Origin: Tubulanus polymorphus
Taxonomy: Eukaryota; Animalia; Nemertea
NCBI RefSeq assembly: GCF_964204645.1
Contig: NC_134025.1
Span: forward strand, 4,030,001 to 4,094,000
Reading direction: 5' to 3'
DNA length: 64,000 bases
Part shown: piece after piece, positions 12,201-27,800 of the stretch
Numbering within the stretch: position 1 is the stretch's first letter
Layout of the letters: every line of letters begins with the position of its first letter
Position numbers and translations under genes: made by a program
The notes under the pieces: model-generated
Told to the model about the DNA's origin: nothing
Seen by the model: only the letters and a program-made list of their open reading frames with translations
The model's database searches: none

Positions 12201-15200
12201 TTTTCGAGTTTAAATCATATTGTGCCATCCGTAGATCCTTTATCAGTTATCAAAGCAGCAACCTTGAAAAAACCCACGCAATCAATTCCTAAAACACCTG
12301 AACCAACGGATTATTCAAGCAATCGAAACTTCAGATGCATTGAATATTCATTTCGGTACTCAGCTATTAAAGAGAGTAAGTTAACCACGAAAATAATGAC
12401 AAGATATATCCAAGTTCCGGACTCTTAAAGCTTCATAAATATCCTCGTAGATATATGAACTGGAAAATTGCATAGTTTTGAGCATGATTTGTTCCTATGT
12501 AGTCTGTAGCGCGTGCATATTGACAAAACATAATCCTGATGTTTGCTAAACATTTGTCACACAAACCAAGTCAATATTAGTTTACAAGAAAATACACTGC
12601 TCACTTATAATATCCACAGTTTGTACGGGTTCAATTCTGCCTTATTTCACACATAAGAACTATGATTTTTTTTTGCGAATATTTTTTTCGACGACACACT
12701 CAGCGATCTATAATCACAGTATACCGGTATAGACAGCGAGCAATACCTGATGATCTTTTAAATAGAAATTTGTCAATAACGGGAGAGTGGAATCAATAAC
12801 AGACTCATTATCCATACATACACGAACAAGACAGTATTCAGTACAGTGAAAGTCAGAATGGTTTATGGTATAATATCGTATCGATAAGAAAAGTCAAGAT
12901 GAGATAGTGAAAAGCCAGTCATTTGGTCTATATAATAGTTGAATATGAGCAGGTAGTGCATGAAACTATCAATCAGATCTACGATTAATAATAATTCTTT
13001 GGCTTCAATACACGTCGGGTATCGCTTACAAACTGAAACATAGTAAACGAATGACCTGCTGAACATACCTGATCTTGAATGAGTGACGATCTGCGTGAAG
13101 ATAAAGGTGAATCAGTCGATGGAGCCTCGACCGAGATTTTGGGAGGATGCGGACCGTGATCGAATGAATCTTCTGAATCGTCGAATGACACCGATCCATC
13201 GGACATCGTCATACTCGTATCGTAATCTACAACGGTCAGTTCGATACAAATCCTTAAATTATCAAAATTAATTTCATCACATAAATGTCGATTACTCACC
13301 ACTACTTCCGAGTACCCTCCGCAGGCGTCTAGGACGGTGTCGAAGTGACATTTTTCTATTTTCGTCTTCGGAAGTTTGCGAACTGATGATTTTATCCACT
13401 TCTGACAAATCTACTTCATCTAAATCAGTCTCCAATAATCCACGTGAATCCTACAACAATGTTTAGATACATTCAAAAGTCAGCAAAATCTCTAGAAGGT
13501 AATAACTGTGAACAAGGTGGAAAGACAGTATTAAGGCATAATGGTATCTAATATTAATAAAAGCTCGGCCAGTGTAGAACGTAAGAAATTAATATCACAG
13601 ATTTTGCCAATAAATCAAAAGTTATCAAACAAGGTATGTTATGTACATTACGAATTTCATAGTATAGATACGGAGCTAAATCTATCATACGGTGTCAAAA
13701 TCTAGGATGTCATCATTAGAATTCAGTCTCTGAAATTTTGATAGATATTTGAAATAATTTGAGCATCAACACGCATACCTTAATGGTCCCGGGAGGCAGC
13801 CATGCGTGAGATGTAGCAGGACTGACATGAATCCGATCTGCTTCCGGTTTCGAATGTTGACTGAGACGATAGGGTGAAGTTTGAACGCCGGAATGTTTAA
13901 ATGCACTTCCTCCATGAGTTTCATCAGAATACGATTTCTCTAATTTGAACCTGACGGATGTCGGTTGGGTTCGATTACTTTCGGTAGAATGAGATCTCAC
14001 GATCGGAATGTTATTACTGTCAGTAACTGATCTCTTGGTCGTTGAATTGTCACCATCAGTGTTCACTAACACTGATCGTCGGACGGGTGGACTGTCGCTG
14101 TCACTATTGTTATTATTACTAGTTAAAGCAGATCGTCTACAAACCGGACTTAAACGCAACTGTACAGGATTCACTTGAGGGACGGTTAATCCAGAGTCCA
14201 GTTTAAACGTGACAGGCCCTTTTTGTTTATTATTGTCTTTCGAGGCTTCAGGTTGGACAGTTATCGGGGATAGATTACGAGGCGTATTTCCTGGTGTATT
14301 GCCTGGAGATATGTGATTCTGTTTCATTAATCTGAAATGAAAAAAAAACAAAGAAATTCTTCACAATACAGCATCAATTGATCGAATATCACGAACATTT
14401 ATAGTTCTAGTGTCATACTGAATGGATAGATGGCCACATAGTACTTAATTCATGGATCGCGTGCTTAGAAATTTGATGATGTCTCATTGATTTGGATTGA
14501 TTACTAACGCATTTCTATTAGTGCTTGATATATTCCAAGCACTAGTTTCAAGTAGCCTTCATCACTGCATCGGACATTAGTAATCACTCAATAGCTTTAA
14601 CTACAAAATTAGACATTTTCTAGCTCTTATAAACTTTAAATTCTTGAAATAGAATTCTCATGCATGATGGATCCGTCCATCATCATAGAATTTCTGCCCT
14701 TCTCATTCCTGTTATTCATCCTGTTTATCTTAGTATATTAGAAATATTTTTGAAACAATGTTTATCGCAAAATCTTGGATTACACTCAATAGGAATTTGA
14801 CAGTGTGGCCTTGAATTATGACATGAAATTATCAAGCAATATCTATCAATGATCAAGACTTCCAATTTGTGGAAATATCCGTTATGTACATCTAAACTGG
14901 GTTTTCGTTTGTCTAGATCTGATCAATCGATTGGTCGAGACACTGATATTGCATGTGGTTGAGACAACTACCGACGAAATACAATATCAATTGTTTCCAT
15001 GGTAGTAGCGTTTATCCCTGAAAATACGTACCGACAGTCGGGAGACTTATCACGGCTTCGATCGCGCAGATTTTGATAATCGGGTGGATTTTTATATTTG
15101 GGCAATAACGTTTTATACTGTTGATCGCTTTCAGCTTTCGATGACCGCGACCTAAAATAAAGTGATAACCGTAATATAAGCCCTTCCAAGAAGAACAACT

Positions 15201-18200
15201 ATGAATAGGCAAAAATAGGCAGCTATTTTTTTATTTTCAGCACATCGAGTAATGAATGTATTGTAATGATACATCGACTACATGTTCCGCAACACAACAG
15301 GACAAGAATGATTTGTTGTCATGTGATGCCAATAAGAAGGGGTTTCGAGACAATAAAACCGTGCTAGAGAGCAGACCGTGTTTGAGTACCTGCTGGGTGT
15401 GTCGAGACCTGTTACTGATTCTGTTAATGATCCTTCAGCATCAAAATCTGAACCTCCTTCTGGTTGCTCGATCAGAATCGATAACTTTCTGTTGTGGCAC
15501 GGTGACGACCTGAAAAATTAGTTTTTTGCTGACATTTGTCGTTGGTGCACCCATTTAGCACTAATCTACAGCCTGCCCTCTAAGCTAAACAAAAACTCTA
15601 CACTAAAACAGGACAAACCAACAGTAATTCGGCGAGACAGGACAAACACAACAGGGTAAATAAAACATTAATGTTTGATATTGCACATACAGCTGAATGG
15701 ATACAGCAGAATTGAACCTGTCTTCATCTCCAGAAGAAACTATGAAAAAGTGTTTCGTTCACGGGTTTTTCTAGTTCTGGAGACTTGAAGGTAATTTGAA
15801 AGACTACATGACGATCTGCAGAAGCTAATGAAATGCAGATTGATGATATGGGATACTACACCACAAAAAATACGACATGCAGATAGATAGGAGGATGTGC
15901 GTGACGCATACAAAATCTTATCATAACATTATCGAATGAATAGCGAATGCGAATGATTTTTAACAAGACAGTTTTCATGTATTGCGAGGCATCAAATTCC
16001 ATTAACACTCTAGCTATATGATGCGGCAACACACTGACAATTCACAACTGAGAACTAGATGATATGCATACAAGATCAGATATTGAGAGAAAATTTCATG
16101 ATTAACCGGTGCTTCACGATGCTTTTAATGGGGTGCATCGATGCAAAACTAACTACACTCATGAGTATTGAATCTTCCTTCGATTTCAACACTGGCTATA
16201 ATGCGAAATAGATTGATAACTATAATTATGACAAGTTCCATTAATAGTTATGTATTTGAGTGGCTTAACTGTAAAACTTGAGTGTATATTATTCAGAAAA
16301 AATTACATTCACGGTCAAAAATGAAATCAGTTATGTGTTAAATGACGTGCAATTAAAATCTATGGTAAAATCATCATACAAACAATAATGATAAACTACA
16401 GACCATAGGTACCACCAGCACTGTGAGGTAGTACTGAGATACCAGCATGATGAGGTACCAACACCCTGAGGTACCAGCAATGCGAGGTACCAATGCTGTG
16501 GGGTACTAGTACTGCGGCTACCAGTACCGTCAGGTACCCGTGCTGTGGGGTACCAGTACCGTCAGGTACCCGTGCTGTGGGGTACCAGTACTGTCAGGTA
16601 CCCGTGCTGTGGGGTACCAGTACTGTCAGGTACCAGTGCTGTGGGGTACCAGTACTGTCAGGTACCAGTGCTGTAAGGTATCACTGAATACATACCATTC
16701 TTCATTATTATTCTCCTCTTCATCATCTTTAACATTGACTTGTTGTTTACTAATAGGTGAATTGTTTGAATCACTAACGGCTGCAAGGTTTGTCATGTTT
16801 GACACACGGTATACAGGCGGTGAATTATTCGTACAAACGTAATGATATGATTCCAAGTTTCGCGCGGTGGCGTACGGCGCTTCCGACGAGTGTTCGTACA
16901 TCGTTTCGGGAATGTTGATTTCCACTGAGGTAGGTTTCGCACCCTTCTCAATCGCTGCCTTAAAACTAGAACTGCGTTCGCGGGTAATCCCGGTTGCCGT
17001 CGTGCCGGGCTCGTGATGAGAAACGGCGACGCTGTAAACGTTATCCGCTCCTGCATAGACCGCCAACAGTCCTTTCCTTTTAGGATTATTGTCTAAACAG
17101 ACAGCGCTCGATGACCGGCACGATAGAACACTGTTACTGTTGTTACATTTGTTTATACCGTACATAGTATCGGTATCGGTTTGTGTTGAACAAGTGACGT
17201 GATTATTGTTTGGCAACAATAGCGGACAAGATCGAGACTGGACGTGATTTGATAGATTCAGTATGCTATTTGACGATGACGATTCCATGTTCTCCAGAAT
17301 GTCCTGAGCAGATGATGAAGTGGCTTTTGGATTGAAACAGTCGAGGGTCAGTGCTTCTGAAACGATACGAAATGTATGAATGCCGTGATATTCTGGCCAT
17401 CTGAACTGATTGCTGCGTTACGAGCGCTTAAAAGAGAGGATGCGAGTTCAAGGTTTTATCAGGAAATAACGCTTAATTGTGGCCATCAAATCATTGTTAA
17501 TAATCATTTGTGACAATCAGAGACAGACGGCCGACAGCTCTGTTATAACAGTTGTTAGTTCGCCCATCGTTTATTAAGCTAATACGCCCTAATTTACCTT
17601 ATTATCTAAAAGCCGGTTTAAAATTTCAAGATTATAACAGGCGAATAACTGATTTACTGTTGTGTTTGGTTTATCTACTATTAGCTGCTTTCTTTTGATA
17701 TATCCTCAGGGAAAAATCGAAGCTATCTGCTTTTAGTCGCCCGTCTCTTATGTATTCCCGTAAGAGTTAATGTAATGCGAGAGACAATGTGAACGCATAG
17801 CAAGTGTGAGGGGACGGATGGAATGGACACGTTAGATTAACTCGTGTAAGTAAAAGGTCATGTGGTACTACTCGATCATCAATTTTTGACACATCGAATA
17901 TAAACTAGTGGGAAACTTTTTTCTGGCCAGAATTCATTTCTAAGTCATATTCTACGCATTTGATGAGGACATCAACGCAACAGCTGTCTGGTGTATTATA
18001 CAGGCTGGATTGTAAATGAAATGGAGACAATTTCACATGAACTATGTGCAACGGGATAATGTATCAAATCCTGGGTGATCTACCGGTAACCAAAAGAGCT
18101 TTCTTACCGGAAAGTTGGACTTGAACGTCACCTAATGACAGATTCTTTGCAGCCTAAAATGAAATGGAAAAATAATTGGCGGATATAAGTCATAACATTT

Positions 18201-21200
18201 TCACCTTACAACGATACAAGCTTTAATTCCATTTTTTTCCAGTAATCATTTCAAAGGCTTAGTGATATTATCGTGTATCCACTGGTAATAACGAGGATGG
18301 CATTCGCACGGGATATTCTCATAAAGACTTCAATTTCATCACAAAATAGAATGCCTTATCTACGTGTAGAGTGCGTGTCAGCCATGTCACAGCACGGAAT
18401 ATCTCATAGTATACACAAACATCGACATCAACATTTTTCATGGAATTTCGCAATCGGCATAATCTAAAGAGTTATACGCTATAAATGCCAATGAGGATTT
18501 CAAAATTGGCTGCGTAATTTGATTTATGAATTTATCACACTTCAATAAATATTCAGGTTCTTAATATAGACACACAGTGGCAATTGAACACTATCGAAAA
18601 TTTACAAGCACTTAAATGAATCTTAATGTTATTTTGATCGCGAAGCTCTAATACCACAGATTCTAGTAAAGCATCTCAGAATTTGTGAATCAATACCAAT
18701 CAAGCCGTAACATTTAAAACACGTCTCGGCGCATCAACGCGAAATTGTATACGGTTGCAACCATGGTTACAACTTCACTTCTCATTGTTGTATCGTAAAG
18801 ACATTTTGAAATTGAAGCGAAAATTTTGACCAGATTTATGAGTAAAAAGTAATAAAACACATGAGAGTGGAGAACATCATGCGTATTATTTTTAAAATGT
18901 GGTGTTAACTGTTCGTATATCATACGTGGAGTGGGATGGAACAAGGCAACTTTTGTTAGTGAACCGGTAGATGAAGTGTCCCCAAATATCAGCAAAATCA
19001 TTCTATGTCTTATTCGATGCACTACCGGTACTTCTAGCCATGAAACTTGTTGGTACTTGAGGAAACAACAGTGATGTGGATGATTTCACCCCTGTATAGC
19101 CCGCGTAGTTAACTTACATGCGCAGCTAATGCAGCCTGTGTCTTGGCAAGTTGAGTTTTTATCAAGCAGATCTCCTTGGTAACTTGGTCCTTGACGGAAT
19201 CAGAAGAGACAGTAATTGGCGTTTCATGCTGGGGAAGAAAAAGATTTTTTAAATTAGCAGTTCAAATTCAGTTTCATAAATGAATTTTGATTCTTCACTT
19301 TTTGTAAATGCCTTTATCCTTAGGTAAAACCTTCTTTATACGAAGTGATGTCAATTTCTGTACAAAAAAGGGTAAAAATAGGATAAAGTACATACCTCCT
19401 CACCGTCTAGCAAACCTTCAGCTTCGATATCTTTTTGAAATAACCGCCAGATATCTTTTAGATCTATCTGATGGGATGAAAGAGCAGCAGCTAATGTTTC
19501 CTAAGAATAAAAGCAAAGTATTTGCATAAACAAGAAAGAATAAATGAATTTTTCGTAATGATATTAAACGTACTCTCTGCTTGCCTAGCGAAGATTCGAT
19601 TACTGTGGTATTTTGTGGTGGTATGGAACGCATTGATTTTATACATCCCTTACACCATCAACTTGTTATGACCCGTGGGAAGGTAATTGATGGCACTAAA
19701 ACTGCAGATAGCACTACTAATGTTCTTACCAAGGGTAGGACAATGACAGGATATGCTAGATAAAGCCTTTGGCTTCAAATCTATTTCGGGAATATTTTAC
19801 TTTGAATCTTAAGACTCAGAATTGATAATTACTAAGAAACTTTTAACTTCCCAAGATGGAGATTATTCTTTGTATTTCTAAAATTCATTTTAACAGTGTC
19901 ACTGTCATGACTGCACCGAATCAGACAAGTTAAAAACTAGACAGTAACAATATAAACAACGACAGTACCGATGTAAAACAGATCAAACCATCATTACTTA
20001 GATTGCGTCTCAGGGTAACTTGATTAAGCAAGTCACATGTGATCAGTTGATGAATATCTCGTCAGTGTAGGAGAGAAAATACTCCATAATGAGAAAGCAT
20101 CGACAATAACTACTACAAGTACGGACTCAACCCGATCTCAGTCAGTCGAGATGCCAGGACCACGAGATAGCAGGAAGCTATGTATTTCCTATCAGGAACG
20201 CCATAAATCATCAACATGGCACGCTTTCCTTAATATTAGATTCGTGGTTTTGAATTAATCATATCAATTGCTTATCTCCATCTACAGCTATAACAAACTG
20301 TATATGATATGTCAGCTAACAGTACCTGGCAGGCGGGATTATATGAAGGGGGACTAACATACCTCGAGTTTAGTTGTGCGAGTAAGTAAATCCCTTGATG
20401 CTGATAATTCCGATTTCACATTTGCCAATTCAGCTACGAGTAAAAACAAAACGCGCCATTAATCAATGAGTTTCTTTATAAAAGATATTACACTGTTTGT
20501 TCTTATAGGCTCGATCTTAATATTTAACAGATCAAAGTTGATAATTCATCATTCTTAGGGAAATTGGTTAATTTCGAGCGTATCCTAATGTTATGTTGAT
20601 ATCATTCATAAATCAACCACAAGAAAGATGTGCGCCTAATAGCAAGACGTTGCCAGCTCATATTCAAGTGAGTGTGTAATCATTCTAAGGATTTGCTAAT
20701 AAGTGGCTGTCAATTTAATGGCATAGTGCCATCGATCAACAAAATCAGTAATACTAAGCCGGCTACACGAGTACATATGTAGAGGAAGAGAGAGAGAGCA
20801 TCATAACTTTCACCGATGAAGTGAAAGTGACGACATTGGTGTCAAGAAACCTTGTTAAAAAAACAGGAATCTGAAATTCCACTAGAGATAAATTTGACAT
20901 TTAACAAGTGATAAACACTGCACATTTTATGCCAGTGTCAGACCCATAACATTGAATAAGCAAATATCGCATAAAATCAATGGTTTATGGATAAAATTTA
21001 TACGGTAAATTGAGATATACCGAGCGTAATAAACCCAATTCACCCCAATATTAACTTGAAGTTTACAGTCGATAAAAAAGGAATGTTTTTTCGCAAAGAC
21101 TGAGCCATTAAGGCCACAACGAGTAAATTATAGGTAAAGAAATCAATTATAATTACTTTGTCCTTTTTCGAGTTGTTCAACTAAATCCAAATGGCCCCTA

Positions 21201-24200
21201 AAAAGAGAGAAAAAAATAAATCAGATCAAAAAAATGGAAAATATGTTTTTGACATTGGAAATGGACATTTGCCATCAATGTTTCTTCAATCTAATCCAGT
21301 GCACTAATGACAGTATCTGCTGCTAATGTCGAGATATACATAATCCATGTCGATCAGTGAAACATGAGTTATCGAAGACATAAAAGACATATGTATGTAA
21401 AGAGCGGAGGAGGAGATGTATTATGAATCATGTCGGACTCTCGGAGCACTCTTATATTTGCAGCTGCCACATATCATATCTGGATATGATAACTGCGGTC
21501 CACGAATGGCTAAATATACAATACAGCATCCAATATTGCAGCCGAGTTCATTCAATTGCAACAGACCGAATCTCTACGACTGAAAGCTAGCGCTATTCAT
21601 CGGAAAGATTCCACCACTGAAGATACTCTCACTTTCTCTCAAAATTTTCATAACAAGTTGCAGGCATTTTCTTATCAGCAGTTATTGGATAATTGGATCG
21701 CGATAAGATTTACGACTTATTAAAGACTGACTTTGTACAGGCGAGATTAATGATCATATATCATATAGACAAACGGAGAAATCTACGCATTTCTATACCG
21801 CAGAAGAATATCAGATTCTTTTTGCTCGTGCGAAGAACAAACCTAAAAGGTCCATCGGGTATAAATATACACTCGATTAGAATCTGATGAAATATAATCC
21901 AATAACAATCCGTTGTTCCGCAAGTTAAGACGGAACTAAAAAAGCGATTCCTGTGCCGGTAGTATCGCGTGCGATCCCAATAGTACAAAGATGATACAGT
22001 TAAAGACGATATTTGAAATATGAATAATTTGTATAGTATGATACTCACCTCGTGTTAGAGTAAATATAAGATGAAGAACATACAGCGTGGGTGTACGTCG
22101 CTTATCCTATAATTGACTGTCACAAACGATACATGTGTATGAAGACAGAGGATTGATTAAAGTGCCTGACCATGTGTCCTGCGAAACCATCTAATTACGA
22201 CTGCAATGCAACAAGTGTACGCTTACATATGCCTCAAGTATGCGCGGATGAATTTGTCGTGGTTTGGAAGATGACGAGGCATGAAATTTAGTCGACCGGA
22301 AAAATCAATTTGTATCAACAGAATATCAAACAGGGTAATACGTCCAGTCTGCTAACGAAAATAATCGCCATACTGGGAAGTGTGGCCCTGGAAAAAATTC
22401 AGCGATTCCGCAATGTTTCAACTGCGCGTGGGTAGAATTATGACAAAAAATTACTGCCGACCGAATACAGCAGTAGAATGAGAGAAATGACTGGTGTTAA
22501 CAACGCCTGTGACACAGTAACACATTCTCAGAGAGAGAAAGACAACACGATAAATCTTATTCTACCATCATTGAAATTCTAGACGGGAATAAAGACGTTG
22601 GATATTGAAGAGAACAGAATTGACTGCTGTCGTGCATAGAGAAAGTGAATAAAGCATTCAATTTTGCCGATACTTTAAGATGTCAATTATTTCCGGTGAT
22701 GCCGAGAGATTTTATGACATTATTAATGCCTTACGGGTATGTTCCTACATCTAGTTTAGTTTGCTCCCGTACTGATTGCCCAAAACGCAAAGCAGTTTAT
22801 TTCTGCAACCTCAATATTTCTGTTTAAATGAACACGGATCGCTGGAAATCGAATGCAAAATAGAAAAGATAAATCCGCGCAATATGCACCTATTTCGAAT
22901 TCAGCGAAGTGTAAGACCGATAAGAGCTGTGGAAATATTCCAGTAAGGCAATTAATCACAATTCACATTAAACAATCTGTGAGCTCATTTAGATTAAGGT
23001 AGCAATATTTGAACAAAGTCACTATAACAATCGCGCAGACGCAGTAGATCATTTATTAAAAATCTACTGATCATCATTCTACGGTTTATTGATACAACTG
23101 ATTGGAAACCAAACTGAGAGGTCAGAATTACGCGTTCGATTCGTAGAGGCTGCAATATGAACGGCGAAGGTCTTTCAAACGTCGCGCGTTCAGCACCGGT
23201 AGATCGACGCCATTTTCCTGACCAGTGCATAGATCAATCTAGAATTATGGCTTAACCGACGACAGAACAGATATTAGGTTCATGTCTCGGTGGGCAACAA
23301 ATTTCCCCGGCTAATCATACTCTTACATATCAATGGATTTCAGCGACGAGTGCAGATTTAGAAATGGAAAATGTGCATCGATAACTCAAAACCTCGGAAT
23401 CTGCCACCACAAGAGGAAAAGGCATTTTCTTAAATGAGGCTTTTGATCAGTTGATCCAAATAAGCTACAGAAGGGTGCTGATTTTGTCAAGATTTTTCTG
23501 TCCAGACAAATAGTGTTGTCACATCAGTGACGAGACGCAACTTGATGAAGGTTGAGATGAAGCAATCAGTTATAACGGTGACAAGGCACCGGCAACTCGC
23601 TGTATGATGAGGCAAAGTGGTCATCCACAACAACAGTAGATCAATATATCACTGGGTTCACAAAATACAACCAGCTACTTCTGTTGCAAATGAACCAGCA
23701 TCATTCGACGAACTAAATTACAAACCGCCATGGCACTTTGTATCGGTTTATAAAGCATACATCATCGGTGGTAGTTAACGCACGGTTTTATGATGTATTT
23801 TCCAGTAAGGTCAGTAATTCACATCGATGGACCGTTGACGTAAGTTATCTAATAGACATGTAGGAATTTGTTAACGCGTAAAAGCGGAGATGATGAATCG
23901 TGTATGCAGAAAAACTCGCCACTTTTCACATTCCTACATCAATAGGGAACGAACCATAAAGAACGAGATATTATACGAAAAATAAAAACGGTACAGACAA
24001 ATCATTATGAATTCACTATACATCAAATAAAATTCAGACAATTTGAATCTGCTGCAGGAATATACTCCGCATCGACAGAAATGTGAACAGTTTCTGAGAA
24101 GTGTGATTAGGACAATCTCGTCTCATCCATCAACCGCGACGAGCCAGAGTCAATCATCAGCTGAGTTGGGAATTTTACAACAGAATCCCGCATCTCAATC

Positions 24201-24722
24201 CTTCTTATAGAGGCTTAATGCAGAGAGTTGACATTATTAACTTTCATCGCTGCAGTAGAAGACAGTGGCGAGATTGTTAGATAAAAACTACCGAACGAAG
24301 TGCGCTAAAAAAACGCATGAAAATAGAGAAAATCTTCACAAAGCTGAAATGTCACAAATGAACGCTGTACGGCGGTTAACATGGAATCAATACTATTAAC
24401 CGTCAACAATCATATCAATTATGTGAGTGTGATTAATTCTGATGAATCAACTAATAGGATTTTTTGCCAGACTACATAAAACGAACATCTTATATTCGTT
24501 GCCTCTGCTAAGCCGCGCTCGGGACAAATGGGGCAATCGATTTTTGTGTCAATATCTCAAATGACGATTTTGATGCAAGCAATAAAGGTAATTTCGAAGG
24601 TGCATGCTCGGCAAACATTATGTATTTCATTGTTTCCTAAAATAACGACCCAACTTTATATGATATACAAACATTTGTGGCTTATCATAGTTGAAATCAA
24701 TGATGGCGTGAAAAATTATGGA

Positions 24723-24818
<96 letters not shown>

Positions 24819-27800
24819 GATGTAGGGAATGGAAGGAAGGTTTGATTGCAGCAATTCTGATGATGAATATTGACTGTTTCAGCCGTTCTAAGTCATCGGA
24901 GAATCAACAATGACAGCTACCGCAAACTGTAAAAACTTTAATAGGAAAAAATCAATCCAATCGAAACCGATGTACAACTTAAAGCGCAGGCTTACTGCGC
25001 AGCTTAAAATTCACAAGAGGCAGGAGATATTGTTGTAAAACCTGCAAGAGAAAAGATTATATCCATTCCAACTCATGTTTTCATTCTCTACAGCAACAGA
25101 ATCTGCTCTTTTCAATTCATTTAATCTGTATAGAATTGCGTTCGTTACTTTACTGTTATCATGAACATCGGCAAAATGAAGATTTGTCGAAAACGCGATG
25201 AAAGCCTAGACGTATCTCATTCAATTGCCTGAAAATCGGAGACTTTTTTTGGTAATATATTTCGCGATCCTAGGCTTACAGAGGAACATGCAAATCTAAT
25301 GAACTGTCAATGTTTTATCGCAGGGATGAATAGCAGCAGGACTCATTGCCCAATATACTATAGCAGATTTTCACATGGTCGATTCTACACGATACTAATG
25401 AGCTCAATATTTCCCACTGACCGTCACACATCCAATAGAATTGAGATAGACCACACAGCTCTATATCAGACAAGAGCACATGACGAAACTTCTAATAAGG
25501 CAATACTTCCAGTCTAGCTATCATTTTTCCATCAGCTACGGGTCATGTTATCAAAACATAAGCAAATCTGACAAGGTGCAAGATCAATATTTGCAGATCT
25601 TTTCCCCACAAATTGCTCGCGTACTGGACAAATTATTTAGAATCCATCAAATCTATACGACTGATAGATATGGTTTTGCAGTATCGCATAATAGATGCTA
25701 GTTTGGAGTAGCGGCTATTCTGATGTAGAATGATTACTCCGATATATCCAACTCGGGCTAGCCATTATTCACCAGTAGGTTGAGGGGCGTTGAAGACTTG
25801 TACCGGTCTACGTGGCAATGATACTTGAACATGGGATCTCTAATCAGCAGCTGAAGGTTACAACTATGGGGCTATGGCATTTCCATTTCAAGGATTGAAG
25901 CTGCTACACGCGAACGAAGTCCCTCGTCTTAAAATTTATCAATATTCCAATGATTCTATCTATTAATCGAAATTTCAGAGACAATCAAATCTATCGGCAA
26001 CAGTTTCTCAATCTCTAGTGATTTCCGTTAGAGAGAAGAGATAACTGACGAGATATGAATTGATTCATTACCATAACAAAAACCTGATGAACGTGAAGAT
26101 TAATATTGGTATTTAAACGGAGCGCTATCTGGATTCCAGTCAAACAAGTCCGTACCTAGAACGGGCGAAATTTGGAAATGGCGAAATCACGTCTCGCTAA
26201 ATTGGCTACAGATAGTTATGATTTACCCCGCAAGATGTCACCATGAGTATTTTATCCTTAAATTCATATCTAAATGATAGATTTATCATGAGTCCCTGGA
26301 TGTTAATTATCTAAAAAATTATGATGATTGCAGTTTATCATATATCTGAACACATCGATCTATTGTTAATTCTGGGACATCTTCAAAGAGATTAGAATGG
26401 ATATATACTCTGTAAACAACACACCCAACAGACAGATAGATAATAATCTGTTAGCCTATACAGCAATACAGAAATTATATGATATCTGAAAACTACATGT
26501 ATATTAATCAGGTTGATGATGATTGGGGAGCATCGGAGTGACAGGTAGATGTCATTTCAATTGATTTCATACTGCAAAGTACGTTTTAGAACGGACCTGG
26601 ATTTAGTTTCTGTCCACACAGACAGATTTAGCCCATTCCAAAATTTGGAACAGACCTGGATCGGTATTCTAGGTCGCTCTAGGAACGGACTTATTTGGAA
26701 CAGATTTTTTGCTAGTGTGCACGCTTGGTCCGTATCAAATCGGAACGGGCCAAATTTAGACCATTATTAATAACATATGGGCACGTACCTTATAATACAT
26801 TCAGGTACAAATATAATCTGAAATACCGAGAAACTTATCGCCTTGTGTACGGTTTGACCAATATTTCTTATAGAGACAATCCATAAATCATGTTACCAGA
26901 GAAAGTTTTGAAACTGCCATTGACAACGTAATGATGGATGTGATGTGATGGTGGAATATAATGATAAAGCACATAAAGCTTTATACAATCAGTCTAACAA
27001 CTTAGAACAAAAGCAAATATCGCGGAAACTTGTGGCTTTTAGCGAAAATATATAACTGTCATCTACTACAACATTGGACATGATTCTGCTTGTAATGAAC
27101 AACATCGTAACCTGACCTGTCTTCTCCATTTGTTAATTCTCTGTACTTTTGGTCTGTTGTTAAGTCATCAGGCTGCCTATGATGAAGATAATAATATGAG
27201 AAACTTCCAAAAATCTGATGGAATCAAACTTTGAACGTATGTTTTGACGTCGTCAATGTAATTCTTCCTTCAGGAGAGAAGTTATCTTAAAAATCAACTC
27301 ATGTTCGCCCCGTTCTGTCACTTTCTATATCGCGATGTGAACATTTCATAACAGGAAATGTGAAAACGGGAAGCTTATTGAAGTTTTAATCCAAAAGGAT
27401 CAAACTAACAAACGATTTTTATTGGCTGAATTTTCTAAAAGACTAAGGGAGCAGGTCCCGCTTAATCCTGGTCAGTTTAATCTAGATTTCGACCTTATTC
27501 TGATGCTACATCTATCTATGATCCATCTATAGATACATATGTGTAATGCAGATTTTTTCATTGGACCCAAATGATCCGGTTTAAGCAGGGTATACCATAA
27601 ATAGTAGTACATACATAGTACGTAGTTCGAAATGAAGTGCTCCGTAAAACTCCACTGTGAAAAATGGTCTCTTCATTGACTAAGGCTAACTAAGCTAAAT
27701 TGAATCAGTTTCCCCTACTTGACAGATAGTCCCTCTGCCCTGTGATAATCACTATAAGTTCAAAAATACTTTCAACTATTGATGTCAAATGAGGTTGCCA

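Noticed and set aside
16493-16842. Cys/Val-rich ORFs; also a possible CRISPR-like repeat
   Set aside because: Translations of the minisatellite. The repeats are contiguous without unique spacers, and the context is eukaryotic.
18754-18773. Palindrome GTTGCAACCATGGTTACAAC as an X-box
   Set aside because: Only one half-site fits the RFX consensus.
19574-19633. Possible exon MRSIPPQ...GKQR with a GTACGT donor
   Set aside because: No good acceptor, an upstream in-frame stop, and the flanking exons join in phase without it.
24528-24854. YI-repeat ORFs (also 43617-44182)
   Set aside because: Artefacts of (TA)n microsatellites.
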